Shown here: piece after piece, positions 63,915 through 64,000 of the stretch
Numbering within the stretch: position 1 is the first letter of the stretch
Layout: the number at the start of each line of letters is the position of its first letter
NCBI GenBank assembly: GCA_020148055.1
Contig: JAHCRF010000001.1
Span: forward strand, 5,378 to 69,377
Source: Patescibacteria group bacterium
GTDB taxonomy: Bacteria > Patescibacteriota > Minisyncoccia > Minisyncoccales > JAHCRE01
Reading direction: 5' to 3'
Length of the DNA stretch: 64,000 nucleotides
Made by a program: the position numbers and the translations under genes
Notes under the pieces: model-generated
Database searches by the model: none
Seen by the model: the letters and a program-made list of their open reading frames with translations, nothing else
Told to the model about the DNA's origin: nothing

Positions 63915-64000
63915 TTATTCTTTCACTTCTATCTTTCTTTTTTTCTCCCTCTCAATTTTAGGTATCCTTATAGTTAAAATTCCTTCTTTAAAAGATGCTT
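63915..64000 (-). CDS. Hsp20/alpha-crystallin family protein, C-terminal part (runs off the window)
   Basis: Manual translation ...ASFKEGILTIRIPKIEREKKRKIEVKE* matches the sHSP AxxxxGxLxxxxPK motif and IxV tail. Confidence 0.8.
   Translation of the reverse strand, partial: ASFKEGILTIRIPKIEREKKRKIEVKE

Noticed and set aside
1-64000. CRISPR array, rRNA, prophage or IS transposase
   Set aside because: No regularly spaced repeat-spacer units and no cas, rRNA-like, phage structural, integrase or transposase genes were seen.

Overview
A 64 kb, AT-rich core-chromosome window that includes the replication origin. Gene content points to a Patescibacteria (CPR) genome, most likely Parcubacteria/Nealsonbacteria-like. 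The evidence is a PrgI-VirB4 module, several VirB2/TrbC-like pilins, a short IF2 and Jag, GWAW/GWISF-repeat surface proteins and no Shine-Dalgarno motifs; TGA is used as a stop (code 11). This lineage call is inference. The window holds jag-yidC-yidD-rnpA-rpmH / dnaA-dnaN, PBP1A, tyrS, ruvC-yebC, pnp-rpsO, cca, plsY, nusA, H+-PPase, tig-clpP, rny, a two-component pair heading a type IV pilus operon, htrA, infB-rbfA, rplS, ftsH, rpsA, gyrA, three tandem pilins and 20 intact tRNAs, including Ile-UAU and Arg-UCG. The most interesting signals are: (1) a free-standing LAGLIDADG endonuclease whose stop codon lies in a tRNA anticodon loop, plus three decayed tRNA remnants upstream of intact tRNAs, suggesting a tRNA-replacing homing system; (2) tRNAs abutting or overlapping CDSs in a punctuation-like layout, including an ftsH stop inside tRNA-Ile; (3) modular palindromic elements and heptamer repeats, some in-frame in pnp, pilM, gyrA and a pilin; (4) a doubly disrupted dciA; (5) an unannotated 36-aa acidic ORF with its own promoter; (6) a vWA-pilin fusion. 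All calls were made by eye, with no database searches.
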